A stretch of 64,000 nt of DNA from an uncultured Saprospiraceae bacterium (GTDB lineage: Bacteria; Bacteroidota; Bacteroidia; Chitinophagales; Saprospiraceae). Below the pieces are notes generated by a model. The model worked only from the letters and a program-made list of their open reading frames with translations. It was not told the DNA's origin and did no database searches. Below are positions 8,613 through 19,699 of the stretch, piece by piece. The number at the start of each line of letters is the position of its first letter. Position 1 is the stretch's first letter. Position numbers and translations under genes: made by a program. Where the stretch lies: NCBI GenBank assembly GCA_964568865.1, contig CAZMSE010000004.1, positions 39,033-103,032 on the forward strand, given 5' to 3'.

Positions 8613-10766
8613 ATGTCAAAGGAACTTAAATATTTAAGGAACATTGGGATTGCAGCCCACATCGACGCAGGTAAAACCACTACCACGGAGCGCATTCTTT
8701 ATTATACCGGGTTGACGCATAAAATTGGAGAAGTTCACGATGGTGCAGCTACCATGGACTGGATGGCCCAGGAACAGGAGCGAGGAATCACCATTACTTC
8801 AGCGGCTACCCAGACCAATTGGAATTGGAAAGATCAATCTTATACCGTCAATATTATCGATACCCCAGGTCACGTCGATTTTACGGTTGAGGTAAACCGT
8901 TCGCTTCGCGTTTTGGATGGCTTGGTGTTTTTGTTCAGTGCAGTAGATGGTGTGGAGCCTCAAAGCGAAACCAACTGGAGGCTTGCGGATAATTATAAAG
9001 TTCCTAGACTTGGATTCGTCAATAAAATGGACCGTCAGGGAGCCGACTTCTTTAATGTGGTCAAACAAGTCAGAACCATGTTGGGGTCCCGAGCGATTCC
9101 ACTTCAAGTACCGATCGGCGCAGAAGAGCATTTTAAAGGTGTGGTGGATTTAATTACCAACAAAGCCATGATCTGGGACGAGGCTTCTAAAGGAATGACA
9201 TTTCAGGAAATCCCTATACCGGCAGACATTGCCGAACAGGTGCAAGAATGCCGGCAGGAATTGATCGAAGCCATCGCTGAATATGATGATGATCTCATGG
9301 TTAAATTTTTTGATAACCCGGACAGCATCACTGAAGAAGAAATGATTAATGCCATCCGTTCTGCCGTGTGCGACATGAAGTTCGTACCTATGCTCTGTGG
9401 ATCGGCTTTTAAAAATAAAGGAGTACAAGCTGTGCTTGATGCAGTTTGTGCATATTTACCCTCACCGGTGGATGTAGAAGCCGTAAAAGGAACACATCCA
9501 AAAACTGAGGAGGAATTGTTAAGAAAACCATCTGCTTCAGAACCGTTTGCTGCTTTGGCTTTCAAAGTGGCAACCGATCCATTTGTGGGTAGATTGGTGT
9601 TTATGCGGGTATATTCTGGCCGTTTGGATGCTGGATCTTATGTTATGAAAGTTCGTTCGGACAAAGATCGCATCAGCATGGAAAAAGAACGTATATCGCG
9701 CTTGTTTCTCATGCATGCCAATGACCGCAAAGCCATTGATTATGTTGAAGCTGGAGATATAGTAGCCGCAGTAGGATTTAAAGACATTAAAACCGGGGAT
9801 ACGCTATGTGATGAAAACAATCCCATCATCCTCGAATCAATGGTTTTCCCTGAACCCGTTATATCCATCGCAATCGAGCCTAAAACACAGAAGGATCAAG
9901 ATAAATTGGGTATGTCTTTGGCAAAATTGGCTGAAGAAGACCCAACTTTCAGAGTTTTTACAGATGAAAATACCGGTCAAACCATCATCAGTGGTATGGG
10001 TGAATTGCACCTGGAAATCATTGTAGACCGTCTTCGTCGAGAATTTGGTGTAGAATGCAACCAGGGAGCTCCCCAGGTGAATTACAAAGAGTCAATGACC
10101 AAGACAATAACGCACCGCGAACGATTGAAAAAGCAAACCGGAGGTTCAGGACTTTTTGCGGATATGGAATTTGATATCGGTCCTGCTGATGAAAGCTTTC
10201 TTGAAAGTGATGAATTTAAGAATGGTAAGACCCGTATGCAATTCGTGTGGGATGTATTCGGAGGAGCCATAGACAAAGCATATGTACAACCTATAATCAA
10301 AGGATTTGAATCCATGATGAACCAAGGTATTCTGGCAGGATACAATTTGGAGAACATGAAGATTCGAGTTTTTGATGGTTCTATGCACGCCGTGGACTCA
10401 AAACCACAGGCATTTGAGTTATGTGCAAAGGATGGATTCAGAGAAGCAGCCCCAAAAACGGGTCCGCAATTGATGGAGCCCATCATGAAATTGGAAGTGA
10501 TTACACCAGAAGATTATGTGGGTCCGGTAATTGGTGACCTCAACAGAAGAAGAGGAATGCCAAAAGGGCAGGAACAAAGGATGGGAGGCGCTGTGGCCAT
10601 TCAAGCAGATGTGCCTTTGTCTGAGATGTTCGGATATGTAACACAACTCAGGACCATTACCTCTGGCCGCGCAAGTTCAACCATGGAATTTTCTCATTAT
10701 GCGCCGGTTCCAAGGCAAATTGCAGAAGAAATTATTGCAAAAGCTAAGGGTACAGTAAAAGTGTAA
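8613..10766 (+). CDS. fusA: elongation factor G
   Basis: G1 [10 protein letters not shown]3 DTPGHVDF, G4 NKMD. 717 aa. Confidence 0.98.
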   Translation: MSKELKYLRNIGIAAHIDAGKTTTTERILYYTGLTHKIGEVHDGAATMDWMAQEQERGITITSAATQTNWNWKDQSYTVNIIDTPGHVDFTVEVNRSLRVLDGLVFLFSAVDGVEPQSETNWRLADNYKVPRLGFVNKMDRQGADFFNVVKQVRTMLGSRAIPLQVPIGAEEHFKGVVDLITNKAMIWDEASKGMTFQEIPIPADIAEQVQECRQELIEAIAEYDDDLMVKFFDNPDSITEEEMINAIRSAVCDMKFVPMLCGSAFKNKGVQAVLDAVCAYLPSPVDVEAVKGTHPKTEEELLRKPSASEPFAALAFKVATDPFVGRLVFMRVYSGRLDAGSYVMKVRSDKDRISMEKERISRLFLMHANDRKAIDYVEAGDIVAAVGFKDIKTGDTLCDENNPIILESMVFPEPVISIAIEPKTQKDQDKLGMSLAKLAEEDPTFRVFTDENTGQTIISGMGELHLEIIVDRLRREFGVECNQGAPQVNYKESMTKTITHRERLKKQTGGSGLFADMEFDIGPADESFLESDEFKNGKTRMQFVWDVFGGAIDKAYVQPIIKGFESMMNQGILAGYNLENMKIRVFDGSMHAVDSKPQAFELCAKDGFREAAPKTGPQLMEPIMKLEVITPEDYVGPVIGDLNRRRGMPKGQEQRMGGAVAIQADVPLSEMFGYVTQLRTITSGRASSTMEFSHYAPVPRQIAEEIIAKAKGTVKV

Positions 10767-10800
10767 TAGGTATAAAAATTGAATAGAAATAAATATAGGC

Positions 10801-11109
10801 ATGAATCAAAAAATTCGGATTAAACTTCGTTCTTATGACCACAACCTGGTCGATAAGAGTACGGAGAAGATTGTGAAGACAGTGCGCAGTAGTGGCGCAG
10901 TTGTAGCCGGTCCGATTCCGCTGCCAACCGAGAAGGAAATATTTACGGTGTTGAAATCACCACACGTAAATAAAAAAGCTCGAGAGCAGTTTCAACTTCG
11001 GACGCACAAAAGGCTCATCGAGATTTACACACCTACCAACAAAACAGTGGATGCGTTGTCTAAACTCGAACTGCCCAGTGGAGTAGACATTCAGGTAAAA
11101 TTGTCTTAA
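10801..11109 (+). CDS. rpsJ: 30S ribosomal protein S10
   Basis: [18 protein letters not shown]...[12 protein letters not shown]. Confidence 0.97.
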   Translation: MNQKIRIKLRSYDHNLVDKSTEKIVKTVRSSGAVVAGPIPLPTEKEIFTVLKSPHVNKKAREQFQLRTHKRLIEIYTPTNKTVDALSKLELPSGVDIQVKLS

Positions 11110-11187
11110 ACGTCTTCCTATCTGTATTTTTTGAGGTTTCTGCTTCGGCGGAAATCCATATTAATAACATCATTAAAATCACATATT

Positions 11188-11811
11188 GTGAACGGATTAA
11201 TTGGAACTAAAGTCGGCATGACGAGTATCTATGATAAGGACGGCAAGTTCATTGCTTGTACCGTGATCGAGGTGTCTCCGAATGTAGTTACTCAAGTGAA
11301 AACTGAAGATTCAGATGGATATTCAGCTATGCAGTTTTCTTACGGAGAAGCTCGCCCAAAAAATGCCAATAAGGCCATTACCGGCCACTTCAATAATGCC
11401 AGCACTACGCCTAAGAAAAAATCTCTTGAATTCAGGGATTGCAGCCTCGATAAACAACTTGGCGAACAGGTTTTGGTAACGGATGTTTTTGCTGAGGGGG
11501 ATACCATTCATGCCAGTGGAGTTTGTAAAGGAAAAGGATTTCAGGGAGTTATCAAACGCCATGGGTTCGGGGGTGTTCAAAATGCTACTCACGGGCAACA
11601 TAACAGACTTCGTGCTCCGGGATCGATCGGAGCGTCTTCTTACCCATCAAAAGTGGTAAAAGGTTTACGGATGGCTGGTCAGAAAGGCAATACCAATGTA
11701 AAAGTGAAAAATCTGAAAGTGGCCCGCATCCTGGCGGATAAAAACTTGATTCTTATCAAAGGTGCCATCCCAGGTCACAAAGGATCTATTGTAATCATTG
11801 AAAAAAAATAA
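11188..11811 (+). CDS. rplC: 50S ribosomal protein L3
   Basis: The track ORF starts at 11131, but the conserved N-terminus (x)NGLIGTKVGMT begins at the in-frame GTG at 11188. Confidence 0.9.
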   Translation: MNGLIGTKVGMTSIYDKDGKFIACTVIEVSPNVVTQVKTEDSDGYSAMQFSYGEARPKNANKAITGHFNNASTTPKKKSLEFRDCSLDKQLGEQVLVTDVFAEGDTIHASGVCKGKGFQGVIKRHGFGGVQNATHGQHNRLRAPGSIGASSYPSKVVKGLRMAGQKGNTNVKVKNLKVARILADKNLILIKGAIPGHKGSIVIIEKK

Positions 11812-11815
11812 GGGC

Positions 11816-12442
11816 ATGAGACTGGAAGTACTGAACATCAATGGACAAAATACCGGCCGTAGTGTCGAGCTGCCGGAGCATGTATTTGGAATCGAACCCA
11901 ATGAACACGTATTATATCTGGCCGTAAAAGCCTATTTAGCCAACCAGCGCCAAGGAACTCATGATTCTAAAGAAAGACATGCCGTATCCCGGAGTACGCG
12001 CAAAATCAAGCGTCAAAAAGGTACGGGTGGAGCTCGCGCAGGTTCTTTGAAAAATATCATGTTCAAAGGAGGGGGTAGGGCTTTTGGACCACATCCAAGG
12101 GACTACAGCCAAAAATTGAATAAGAAAGTCAATCAGCTGGCCAGAAGGTCTGCTCTTTCTCAAAAAGCAGCAGGTGGAGGCATCATCGTCATCGAGGATT
12201 TTAGCATGCCGTCTGCAAAGACCAAGGAATTTGCCGGTATAATGAAAAGTTTAAAAATTGATCAGCAAAAATCTTTGGTGGTCACTCCTGAACATAATGA
12301 AAATATGTACCTGTCCAGCCGCAACATTCCTTGTACAGAATTGCGTGTGGCCAGTAACCTGAATACATACGATATTTTAAATTGTAAAAAACTGGTTTTA
12401 ACAGAATCCAGTGTTGCAAAAATCAGTGAAACCTTATCATAA
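11816..12442 (+). CDS. rplD: 50S ribosomal protein L4
   Basis: ATG 11816 (MRLEVLNINGQ) lies just after the rplC stop. Contains KGTGGARAGS...GGGRAFGP. Confidence 0.93.
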   Translation: MRLEVLNINGQNTGRSVELPEHVFGIEPNEHVLYLAVKAYLANQRQGTHDSKERHAVSRSTRKIKRQKGTGGARAGSLKNIMFKGGGRAFGPHPRDYSQKLNKKVNQLARRSALSQKAAGGGIIVIEDFSMPSAKTKEFAGIMKSLKIDQQKSLVVTPEHNENMYLSSRNIPCTELRVASNLNTYDILNCKKLVLTESSVAKISETLS

Positions 12443-12452
12443 TACCCTTGCT

Positions 12453-12752
12453 ATGAACAAACAAATTATCATAAGGCCGGTGGTTACGGAAAAATCTGAG
12501 AAACTTTCAACCAAAAGAAACCAATATACCTTTTTGGTGGCACGGGATAGCAACAAAGTTGAGATTTCAAAAGCCATTGAGAAAATGTATAATGTTTCTG
12601 TGGAAGCAGTAAATACCTCAGTGATGCCAGGCAAACCTAAAACCAGGAATACCCGGAATGCCGTATTAAAAGGTCAAAAAGCCGCTTACAAGAAAGCCGT
12701 CATTAGTCTTAAAGCCGGTGAAGAAATTAACATTTATGGTGACGAGAAATAA
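12453..12752 (+). CDS. rplW: 50S ribosomal protein L23
   Basis: ATG 12453 gives [15 protein letters not shown]. The track's upstream extension overlaps rplD. Confidence 0.93.
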   Translation: MNKQIIIRPVVTEKSEKLSTKRNQYTFLVARDSNKVEISKAIEKMYNVSVEAVNTSVMPGKPKTRNTRNAVLKGQKAAYKKAVISLKAGEEINIYGDEK

Positions 12753-12763
12753 TATTATCTGAT

Positions 12764-13594
12764 ATGCCAGTAAAAAAGCTAAATCCAATCACTCCAGGTA
12801 TGCGTTTTCGCGTTCAGCTGACGCATGAGGAACTTACTGCACACAGGCCTGAGAAATCGCTCGTTGAAAGTATCAGTTCTAGTGGAGGGCGCAATAATCA
12901 GGGCCATCGTACCATGCGTTACCGCGGAGGTGGTCATAAAAGGCAATATCGCATCATTGACTTTAAACGGGACAAAGATGGTATCGCCGCAAAAGTTAAA
13001 ACCATAGAGTATGATCCAAACCGTTCAGCACATATCGCTTTACTGGTATATGCTGATGGTGAAAAACGTTACATCATTGCTCCACATGGTCTTAAAGTCG
13101 GAGATACTATAAAAAGTGGTAAAGGTGCTACCCCCGATGTTGGAAATACCTTGTTTTTGGGAGATGTTCCATTGGGTTCTTCCATCCACGCCATTGAGTT
13201 GCATCCCGGACAAGGCGCCAGTCTGGTGAGAGGTGCCGGAACTGCGGCTACCATGATGGGTAAAGAAGACCGTTATGCCGTGATAAAGCTTCCTTCTGGT
13301 GAGATCAGGAGGATTTTAGCCACTTGTCGTGCGACGATGGGCTCTACATCCAATCCCGATCATAGTCTGGAAAGGATTGGTAAAGCCGGCCGTAACCGTT
13401 GGCTCGGTTGGAGACCCCGTAACCGAGGGGTTGCCATGAACCCCGTTGATCACCCAATGGGTGGTGGGGAAGGCCGTGCTTCAGGTGGTCATCCAAGATC
13501 TAGAAAAGGATTGATTGCAAAAGGTGCGAAAACACGCTCACGTAATAAGCATTCATCAAAATTGATTATTTCAAGAAGGAAAACAACTAACTAA
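12764..13594 (+). CDS. rplB: 50S ribosomal protein L2
   Basis: [15 protein letters not shown]...[15 protein letters not shown]...HPMGGGEGR. Confidence 0.98.
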   Translation: MPVKKLNPITPGMRFRVQLTHEELTAHRPEKSLVESISSSGGRNNQGHRTMRYRGGGHKRQYRIIDFKRDKDGIAAKVKTIEYDPNRSAHIALLVYADGEKRYIIAPHGLKVGDTIKSGKGATPDVGNTLFLGDVPLGSSIHAIELHPGQGASLVRGAGTAATMMGKEDRYAVIKLPSGEIRRILATCRATMGSTSNPDHSLERIGKAGRNRWLGWRPRNRGVAMNPVDHPMGGGEGRASGGHPRSRKGLIAKGAKTRSRNKHSSKLIISRRKTTN

Positions 13595-13605
13595 TACATT
13601 AAGTC

Positions 13606-13869
13606 ATGTCCAGATCCATTAAAAAAGGTCCATTTGTACATCATAAGTTGCTGGAAAAAGTACATAAAGCGAAAGATTCCGGCAAGAAAACAGTCATCAA
13701 GACCTGGAGCCGTGCTTCGGTAATTATTCCCGATATGGTGGGAGAGACCATCGCGGTTCATAACGGTAAGACTTTCATACCGGTGTACGTTACCGAAAAT
13801 ATGGTAGGCCATAAGTTAGGTGAATTTTCGCCCACGCGAACCTTCAGAGCACATTCAGGAAACAGATAA
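13606..13869 (+). CDS. rpsS: 30S ribosomal protein S19
   Basis: [16 protein letters not shown]...[23 protein letters not shown]. Confidence 0.98.
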   Translation: MSRSIKKGPFVHHKLLEKVHKAKDSGKKTVIKTWSRASVIIPDMVGETIAVHNGKTFIPVYVTENMVGHKLGEFSPTRTFRAHSGNR

Positions 13870-13889
13870 TTTATTAAAAGTAAAAGCAG

Positions 13890-14258
13890 ATGGAAGCTGT
13901 AGCTAAATTACGCAATTGCCCTATGTCAGCCCGGAAAATGAGACTGGTGGTTGACCTGATTCGAGGAAAGAAAGTGGGCGAAGCGTTAAATATTTTGAAG
14001 TTTACCAAAAAGGAAGCTTCAACCTGGTTGGAAAAATTGTTGTTGTCGGCCATTAATAACTTCGAACAAAAAAATGGAGAAGGATCCGCTGATTCTGCGG
14101 ACTTGTTCGTCAAAACAGCATTTGTTGACGGAGGCATGATGCTCAAGCGTTTTCAACCTGCACCACATGGAAGAGCTCACCGAATTCGCAAACGGAGAAA
14201 TCATGTAACCCTGGTGGTCGCCGGAAAGAACAATGTTCAAATGAATAAAGAAGATTAA
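13890..14258 (+). CDS. rplV: 50S ribosomal protein L22
   Basis: [29 protein letters not shown]. Confidence 0.96.
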   Translation: MEAVAKLRNCPMSARKMRLVVDLIRGKKVGEALNILKFTKKEASTWLEKLLLSAINNFEQKNGEGSADSADLFVKTAFVDGGMMLKRFQPAPHGRAHRIRKRRNHVTLVVAGKNNVQMNKED

Positions 14259-14280
14259 TCATACTAAAATAAAAAACTGA

Positions 14281-15045
14281 ATGGGTCAAAAAGCAAATCC
14301 AATAGGCAATCGCCTGGGTATCATCAGAGGATGGGACTCTAACTGGTTTGGCGGTAAAAACTTTGCTCAAAAAGTTGTAGAAGATGAAAAGATTCGCAAC
14401 TATTTGAATGCAAGGATTGAAAAAGGCGGACTGGCAAGGATTATTATCGAAAGAACACTGAAGCGCATTACAGTTTCAATTCAAACTTCTAGACCTGGTA
14501 TCATCATAGGAAAAGGAGGAACCGAAGTGGATAGCATCCGCGAGGAATTGAGAAAACTGACCAACCAGGATATTCAAATCAATATCATAGAAATCAGGAA
14601 ACCTGAATTGGATGCAGCCATTGTTGGAGAGTCTATCGCAAAGCAAATTGAATCCAGAATTAACTACAGAAGAGCTATCAAGATGGCCATACAATCGACC
14701 ATCAGGGCTGGTGCTGAAGGGATTAAAGTGAGAATTTCTGGTCGTTTGAATGGAGCCGAGATGGCTCGTTCAGAAGAATACAAAGAAGGGCGTATTCCAT
14801 TGCATACGTTTCGTGCAGATATAGACTATGCCATAAAAGAAGCTCAAACGGTTTATGGTAAGATAGGGATCAAAACCTGGATTTGTAAAGGAGAGGTTTT
14901 TGCTAAACGAGACCTTTCCCCACTGATTGGGATGGAAAAGAAAGAAACCAAAGCCGGTATGGGTGGAGGTCAAAACCGCCGGGGAGGTGGAGATCGCGAT
15001 GGACGTGATCGAAGATCTGACCGGGGAGGTGGAAAAAGAAGATAA
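14281..15045 (+). CDS. rpsC: 30S ribosomal protein S3 (with Arg/Gly-rich C-terminal extension)
   Basis: [14 protein letters not shown]... KH domain IIGKGG. The tail is [27 protein letters not shown]. Confidence 0.97.
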   Translation: MGQKANPIGNRLGIIRGWDSNWFGGKNFAQKVVEDEKIRNYLNARIEKGGLARIIIERTLKRITVSIQTSRPGIIIGKGGTEVDSIREELRKLTNQDIQINIIEIRKPELDAAIVGESIAKQIESRINYRRAIKMAIQSTIRAGAEGIKVRISGRLNGAEMARSEEYKEGRIPLHTFRADIDYAIKEAQTVYGKIGIKTWICKGEVFAKRDLSPLIGMEKKETKAGMGGGQNRRGGGDRDGRDRRSDRGGGKRR

Positions 15046-15098
15046 TTATTCGTATAAGTCATCGTAATTTTGCGATTCTTTTTAAAAAGGTATAAATT

Positions 15099-15530
15099 AT
15101 GTTACAGCCTAAACGCCTGAAATACAGAAGGCAGCAAAAAGGAAGGATTAAGGGAGTAGCGCACAGAGGGACTACTATAGCATTCGGAACTTTTGGTTTG
15201 AAAGCTCTTGAAAGCACGCGTATTACCAATCGTCAGATAGAAGCCGCTCGTATAGCCATGACCCGACATATGAAAAGGGAAGGAAGTGTTTGGATCAGAA
15301 TTTTCCCCGACAAACCCATTACAGCAAAGCCAGCTGAGGTACGTATGGGTAAAGGAAAAGGTGCATTAGATCATTATGTTGCGGTCGTTAAAGCAGGAAC
15401 CATCATGTTCGAAATGGATGGTATTCCTTACAATGTGGCTAATGAAGCTTTCTTGCTTGCCGCTCAAAAACTTCCCATTAAAACTAAAGTGGTCATTCGT
15501 AGAGAGTACCAAAGTTTGGCAATGGCTTAA
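15099..15530 (+). CDS. rplP: 50S ribosomal protein L16
   Basis: [16 protein letters not shown]...RMGKGKG. Confidence 0.98.
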   Translation: MLQPKRLKYRRQQKGRIKGVAHRGTTIAFGTFGLKALESTRITNRQIEAARIAMTRHMKREGSVWIRIFPDKPITAKPAEVRMGKGKGALDHYVAVVKAGTIMFEMDGIPYNVANEAFLLAAQKLPIKTKVVIRREYQSLAMA

Positions 15531-15543
15531 AAATTAAAGGATT

Positions 15544-15750
15544 ATGTCAATAAAAAAATATAGCGACGTCGCAGGACTTTCAAATGAGGCACTTGAAAAT
15601 GACCTCAAGGCAGCTGAACACGAATTGAATAAGCTCAGACATGAGCACAAAGTGAAAGGCTTACAAAATCCGATGCAGATCCGTCATTTGAGAAAAGAAA
15701 TTGCCCAAATGAATACGGAATGGACTAAAAGAACTTCTTCAAAATCTTAA
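15544..15750 (+). CDS. rpmC: 50S ribosomal protein L29
   Basis: 68 aa, helical, KAAEHELNKLRHEH... In the conserved position between rplP and rpsQ. Confidence 0.93.
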   Translation: MSIKKYSDVAGLSNEALENDLKAAEHELNKLRHEHKVKGLQNPMQIRHLRKEIAQMNTEWTKRTSSKS

Positions 15751-15765
15751 TAAAATATATTTGGA

Positions 15766-16023
15766 ATGGAACAACGCAATTTAAGAAAACAAAAAGTTGG
15801 AGTAGTGAGCAGCAACAAGATGGAAAAAACCATCGTAGTGAAAGTTGAACGCTCCATGCTGCATCCCAAATATGGTAAACGGATGAAGAAAACCCAAAAA
15901 TATTTCGCCCATGATGAAAAAAATGAATGTGGCATTGGGGATATGGTTAGGATAATGGAAACCAGACCGCTGAGTAAAAATAAAACCTGGAGGTTGGTGG
16001 AAATCATTAAAAAAGGCGAATAA
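15766..16023 (+). CDS. rpsQ: 30S ribosomal protein S17
   Basis: [23 protein letters not shown]...[26 protein letters not shown]. Confidence 0.97.
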   Translation: MEQRNLRKQKVGVVSSNKMEKTIVVKVERSMLHPKYGKRMKKTQKYFAHDEKNECGIGDMVRIMETRPLSKNKTWRLVEIIKKGE

Positions 16024-16043
16024 TAGGATAAATTTAAAGGCTT

Positions 16044-16409
16044 ATGATACAGCAGGAATCGAGATTAAACGTTGCGGACAACAGTGGAGCTAAAGAGGTA
16101 CTCTGCATCCGTGTCCTTGGGGGTACTAAACGGAGGTATGCCTCATTGGGAGACAAAATAGTTGTTACAGTTAAATCCGCTACACCGGGTGGGGTAAAAA
16201 AAGGTACGGTATCCAAAGCAGTCATTGTTCGGACAAAAAAAGAAGTACGGCGTAAGGACGGTACTTATATCCGTTTTGACGATAATGCTGTTGTGCTGCT
16301 TAACCCATCGGATGAGCCTAGAGGTACCCGTATTTTTGGCCCGGTTGCAAGAGAATTGCGGGAAAAAGATTACATGCGTATCGTTTCATTGGCACCCGAG
16401 GTGCTTTAA
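16044..16409 (+). CDS. rplN: 50S ribosomal protein L14
   Basis: [19 protein letters not shown]...SLAPEVL. Confidence 0.98.
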   Translation: MIQQESRLNVADNSGAKEVLCIRVLGGTKRRYASLGDKIVVTVKSATPGGVKKGTVSKAVIVRTKKEVRRKDGTYIRFDDNAVVLLNPSDEPRGTRIFGPVARELREKDYMRIVSLAPEVL

Positions 16410-16427
16410 TATTAAAGTGTAAGAGTT

Positions 16428-16742
16428 ATGAAAAAGTTTAAAATAAAAACCGGAGATAAGGTTCAGGTAATTGCCGGCTCCAATAGAGGAAAGTCGGGCA
16501 CCGTTACGCAGATAATAGTCGATAAAGACCGTGCGGTGATCGAAGGGGTAAACATTGTCAAAAGACACATGAAACCTACGAACAATAATCCAGGAGGAAT
16601 CGTGGAAATGTCAGCACCCATTCATATCTCAAATTTGTCATTGCTGGATCCTAAAAGTGGAAACCCTACCCGTATTGGTTACCGCGTTGACAATGGAAAA
16701 AAAGTTCGCGTATCTAAAAAATCTGGTGAAATAATTAAGTGA
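16428..16742 (+). CDS. rplX: 50S ribosomal protein L24
   Basis: [20 protein letters not shown] (KOW motif). Confidence 0.97.
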   Translation: MKKFKIKTGDKVQVIAGSNRGKSGTVTQIIVDKDRAVIEGVNIVKRHMKPTNNNPGGIVEMSAPIHISNLSLLDPKSGNPTRIGYRVDNGKKVRVSKKSGEIIK

Positions 16743-17299
16743 TGAGCTACCAAAACAGATTAAAACAGCATTACCTGAAGAACGTGGTTCCAGCCATGCA
16801 GGAAAAATTTAACTATTCCTCTATCATGGAGGTTCCAAAATTGGTTAAAATCAGTATTAACCAGGGTGTAGGTGGAGCGACCCAGGATAAAAAATTGATC
16901 GATATTGCAATAACTGAGTTAAGCACGATCACTGGTCAAAAAGCAGTACCCACCATTTCAAAGAAAGCGGTTTCGAACTTTAAACTGCGTGAAAAAATGC
17001 CCATCGGCGCCAAAGTAACCTTGCGCCGCGATCGCATGTACGAGTTTTTAGACAGGCTCATCACCGTTGCATTGCCCAGGGTACGTGACTTTCGCGGTGT
17101 GAACGACAACTCATTTGATGGGAGAGGCAATTATACTTTAGGCGTAACCGAACAAATCATTTTTCCGGAGATAGATCTGGATAAAATCAACAAAATAGCC
17201 GGTATGGACATCACTTTTGTCACTACCGCCAAAACCGATGCTGAAGCCTATGAATTGCTAAAAAACATGGGTATGCCATTTAAAAATCAGAAAAACTAA
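16742..17299 (+). CDS. rplE: 50S ribosomal protein L5
   Basis: ATG at 16742 shares one base with the rplX TGA (the track uses GTG 16739). Contains [21 protein letters not shown]. Confidence 0.95.
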   Translation: MSYQNRLKQHYLKNVVPAMQEKFNYSSIMEVPKLVKISINQGVGGATQDKKLIDIAITELSTITGQKAVPTISKKAVSNFKLREKMPIGAKVTLRRDRMYEFLDRLITVALPRVRDFRGVNDNSFDGRGNYTLGVTEQIIFPEIDLDKINKIAGMDITFVTTAKTDAEAYELLKNMGMPFKNQKN

Positions 17300-17309
17300 T
17301 CCAAAGGAT

Positions 17310-17579
17310 ATGTCAAAAAAATCAATCATAGCCCGTCAGGAGAAACGCGAAAAAATGGTAGAAAAATATCGCGACCTGAGAGAACAATTGAAAAAGGAAG
17401 GCAATTATGATGCACTCTGCAAATTACCTCGCAATGCTTCACCCGTGCGGTTGAAGAATAGGTGTTTATTAACTGGCAGACCTAAAGGGTATGTCCGCAG
17501 ATTTGGCGTCTCAAGGTATGTTTTTCGCTTAATGGCACTGGAAGGTAAAATTCCGGGAGTAGTAAAAGCAAGTTGGTAA
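17310..17579 (+). CDS. rpsN: 30S ribosomal protein S14 (89-aa form without the CxxC pairs)
   Basis: ...[40 protein letters not shown]. Confidence 0.97.
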   Translation: MSKKSIIARQEKREKMVEKYRDLREQLKKEGNYDALCKLPRNASPVRLKNRCLLTGRPKGYVRRFGVSRYVFRLMALEGKIPGVVKASW

Positions 17580-17599
17580 ATCAAGAATAAAGTAAAATT

Positions 17600-18007
17600 A
17601 TGTCAGCAGTAACAGATCCAATAGCCGATTATTTAACAAGAATCCGAAATGCTCAGCAAGCTGGATTCCATATTGTCGATATTCCGGCTTCCAACGAGAA
17701 AAAACGCATTACGGAAATTCTATACCATTATGGGTATATTCTGAAGTATAAATTCGAAGATACAGATAATCATCAGGGACTGATCCGGATTGCCTTAAAA
17801 TATGATCCACTGACCCGTTTGCCAATGATTCGCGAACTAACACGCGTGAGTAGACCAGGTAAAAGGGTATATTCAAATGCCGGTGATATTCAAAGGGTCA
17901 TCAATGGCCTTGGAATTGCAATCGTATCCACTTCAAAGGGAATTCTTACGGATAAGGAAGCAAAGAAAGCCAATGTCGGCGGTGAAATTTTGTGTCATAT
18001 TTATTAA
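17600..18007 (+). CDS. rpsH: 30S ribosomal protein S8
   Basis: DPIADYLTRIRNAQQA...GGEILCHIY. Confidence 0.97.
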   Translation: MSAVTDPIADYLTRIRNAQQAGFHIVDIPASNEKKRITEILYHYGYILKYKFEDTDNHQGLIRIALKYDPLTRLPMIRELTRVSRPGKRVYSNAGDIQRVINGLGIAIVSTSKGILTDKEAKKANVGGEILCHIY

Positions 18008-18028
18008 TTTTTACAAGCATTAGAGTGT

Positions 18029-18580
18029 ATGTCACGCATAGGAAATAAAATAATCAAAATACCTTCCGGGGTAGAAGTAAAGGTCGATAAGACCTCCGTT
18101 ACCATTAAAGGTCCTAAAGGCAGTTTGTCGCAAGGTTTGGATCCGGACATGAAAATTGAATTGGAGGACGGTACACTCAAAGTCCTTCGCCCAACGGAAC
18201 AAAAGCGGCATAAGTCTGTACATGGTTTGACGCGTGCACTCATCAACAATATGGTAACAGGTGTGACGACCGGATTTACCCGTGAAATGGAATTGGTTGG
18301 AGTAGGTTATCGTGTAGCCAATACAGGAAACATTCTTGAAATTTCTGTGGGATTTTCTCACCCCATATATTTTGCAGTCCCTTCTGAATTAAAAGTTGAA
18401 ACGATTACTGAAAAAGGGTCAAATCCTAAAATCATTTTGCGTGGTCAGGATACTCAACTCCTGGGACAGGTTTGTGCAAAGATCAGGGCGCTTAAATCTC
18501 CAGAACCTTTCAAAGGCAAGGGTATCAAGTTTGCCGGTGAGATATTGAGAAGAAAAGCAGGTAAGTCTGCTGGTAAATAA
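18029..18580 (+). CDS. rplF: 50S ribosomal protein L6
   Basis: MSRIGNKIIKIPSGVEVKVD...VGVGYR. Confidence 0.97.
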   Translation: MSRIGNKIIKIPSGVEVKVDKTSVTIKGPKGSLSQGLDPDMKIELEDGTLKVLRPTEQKRHKSVHGLTRALINNMVTGVTTGFTREMELVGVGYRVANTGNILEISVGFSHPIYFAVPSELKVETITEKGSNPKIILRGQDTQLLGQVCAKIRALKSPEPFKGKGIKFAGEILRRKAGKSAGK

Positions 18581-18607
18581 TCTTTTATTCGCATTAAGAG
18601 CATTAAT

Positions 18608-18958
18608 ATGAGAATTTCGAAAGTTGAAAAGAGACAAAAAATTAAATACCGTATCCGAAAAAAGGTAAATGGAACTGGGGATATTCCTCGTCTCTCAGTT
18701 TTTAAAAGCAATACCGGCATTTATTGTCAGCTGATCGACGATTTGAATGGCCGGACTTTGTGTGCAGCTTCTTCAAAAGATAAGAGCCTTCAAAAAGCGA
18801 CTAAGTCAGAGATGGCAAAAAATGTAGGAGGATTGATCGCTACAAAAGCTCAAGCACTAAAAATTCAAAAAGTCGTATTCGACCGTGGTGGTTTTATCTA
18901 TCATGGACGTATTAAAGCACTTGCAGATGGTGCCCGCGAAGGCGGACTTCAATTTTAA
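18608..18958 (+). CDS. rplR: 50S ribosomal protein L18
   Basis: [19 protein letters not shown]...[26 protein letters not shown]. Confidence 0.97.
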   Translation: MRISKVEKRQKIKYRIRKKVNGTGDIPRLSVFKSNTGIYCQLIDDLNGRTLCAASSKDKSLQKATKSEMAKNVGGLIATKAQALKIQKVVFDRGGFIYHGRIKALADGAREGGLQF

Positions 18959-18980
18959 ATAATCAACAGAATCAGATATC

Positions 18981-19505
18981 ATGGCAAAAACGCATGTAGT
19001 ACGAGTTAAAGCAGCAGGTGAAACCGAATTAAAAGAAAAGTTGGTAGCACTGAACCGCGTTGCAAAAGTGACCAAAGGAGGACGAACCTTTAGTTTTTCG
19101 GCTTTGGTAGTGGTCGGTGATGGTAATGGAATTGTGGGACAAGGGATTGGTAAAGCACGGGAAGTTTCAGACGCAATTTCAAAAGCTGTTGATGACGCAA
19201 AGAAAAATTTAATCAAAGTACCTATTCAGAAAGGGACTATAGCGCATGAACAAAAAGGCAAATTTGGTGCCGGCAGGGTATTTATTAAACCAGCAGCTGA
19301 TGGAACGGGTGTAATTGCAGGCGGTGCTATGCGGGCTGTTTTGGAAATTGCTGGAATCCATAACGTATTGGCAAAATCAATTGGCTCTTCAAATCCACAC
19401 AACGTCGTGAAAGCTACTTTGGATGCACTCACCAAAATCCGCAGCCCTTACGATGTAGCTAAGGAACGCAAATTGGATCTTGTGAAAGTTTTTGAAGGAA
19501 TATAA
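18981..19505 (+). CDS. rpsE: 30S ribosomal protein S5
   Basis: [39 protein letters not shown]. Confidence 0.98.
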   Translation: MAKTHVVRVKAAGETELKEKLVALNRVAKVTKGGRTFSFSALVVVGDGNGIVGQGIGKAREVSDAISKAVDDAKKNLIKVPIQKGTIAHEQKGKFGAGRVFIKPAADGTGVIAGGAMRAVLEIAGIHNVLAKSIGSSNPHNVVKATLDALTKIRSPYDVAKERKLDLVKVFEGI

Positions 19506-19514
19506 TTTTAAGCA

Positions 19515-19694
19515 ATGGGAAAAATTAAAGTCACTCAAACCAGAAGCACCATTAAAGCCAACATAAATCAGAAATTAACGATGAAGGCTTTAGGATTGCG
19601 TTGTCCACACGATGTAGTGGAAGTGGAACATACCCCTCAAATTGATGGTATGTTGAAAAAAGTAAATCATCTTATTCATATTGAAAAGATATAA
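19515..19694 (+). CDS. rpmD: 50S ribosomal protein L30 (59 aa, absent from the ORF track)
   Basis: Own translation: MGKIKVTQTRSTIKANINQKLTMKALGLRCPHDVVEVEHTPQIDGMLKKVNHLIHIEKI. ATG 19515, TAA 19692-19694, in the expected slot between rpsE and rplO. Confidence 0.93.
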   Translation: MGKIKVTQTRSTIKANINQKLTMKALGLRCPHDVVEVEHTPQIDGMLKKVNHLIHIEKI

Positions 19695-19699
19695 CGATT

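Noticed and set aside
16389-16405. Sigma54-like promoter element TTGGCACCCGAGGTGCT (GG-N10-GC spacing is correct), 24 nt upstream of rplX. It caught my attention because the window encodes a sigma54-type activator.
   Set aside because: It lies inside the last codons of rplN, and the TGGCAC comes from the highly conserved L14 C-terminus S-L-A-P-E-V-L (tca ttg gca ccc gag gtg ctt). The -12 region (GGTGCT) deviates from TTGCA/T. A sigma54 promoter in the middle of a ribosomal operon is implausible.
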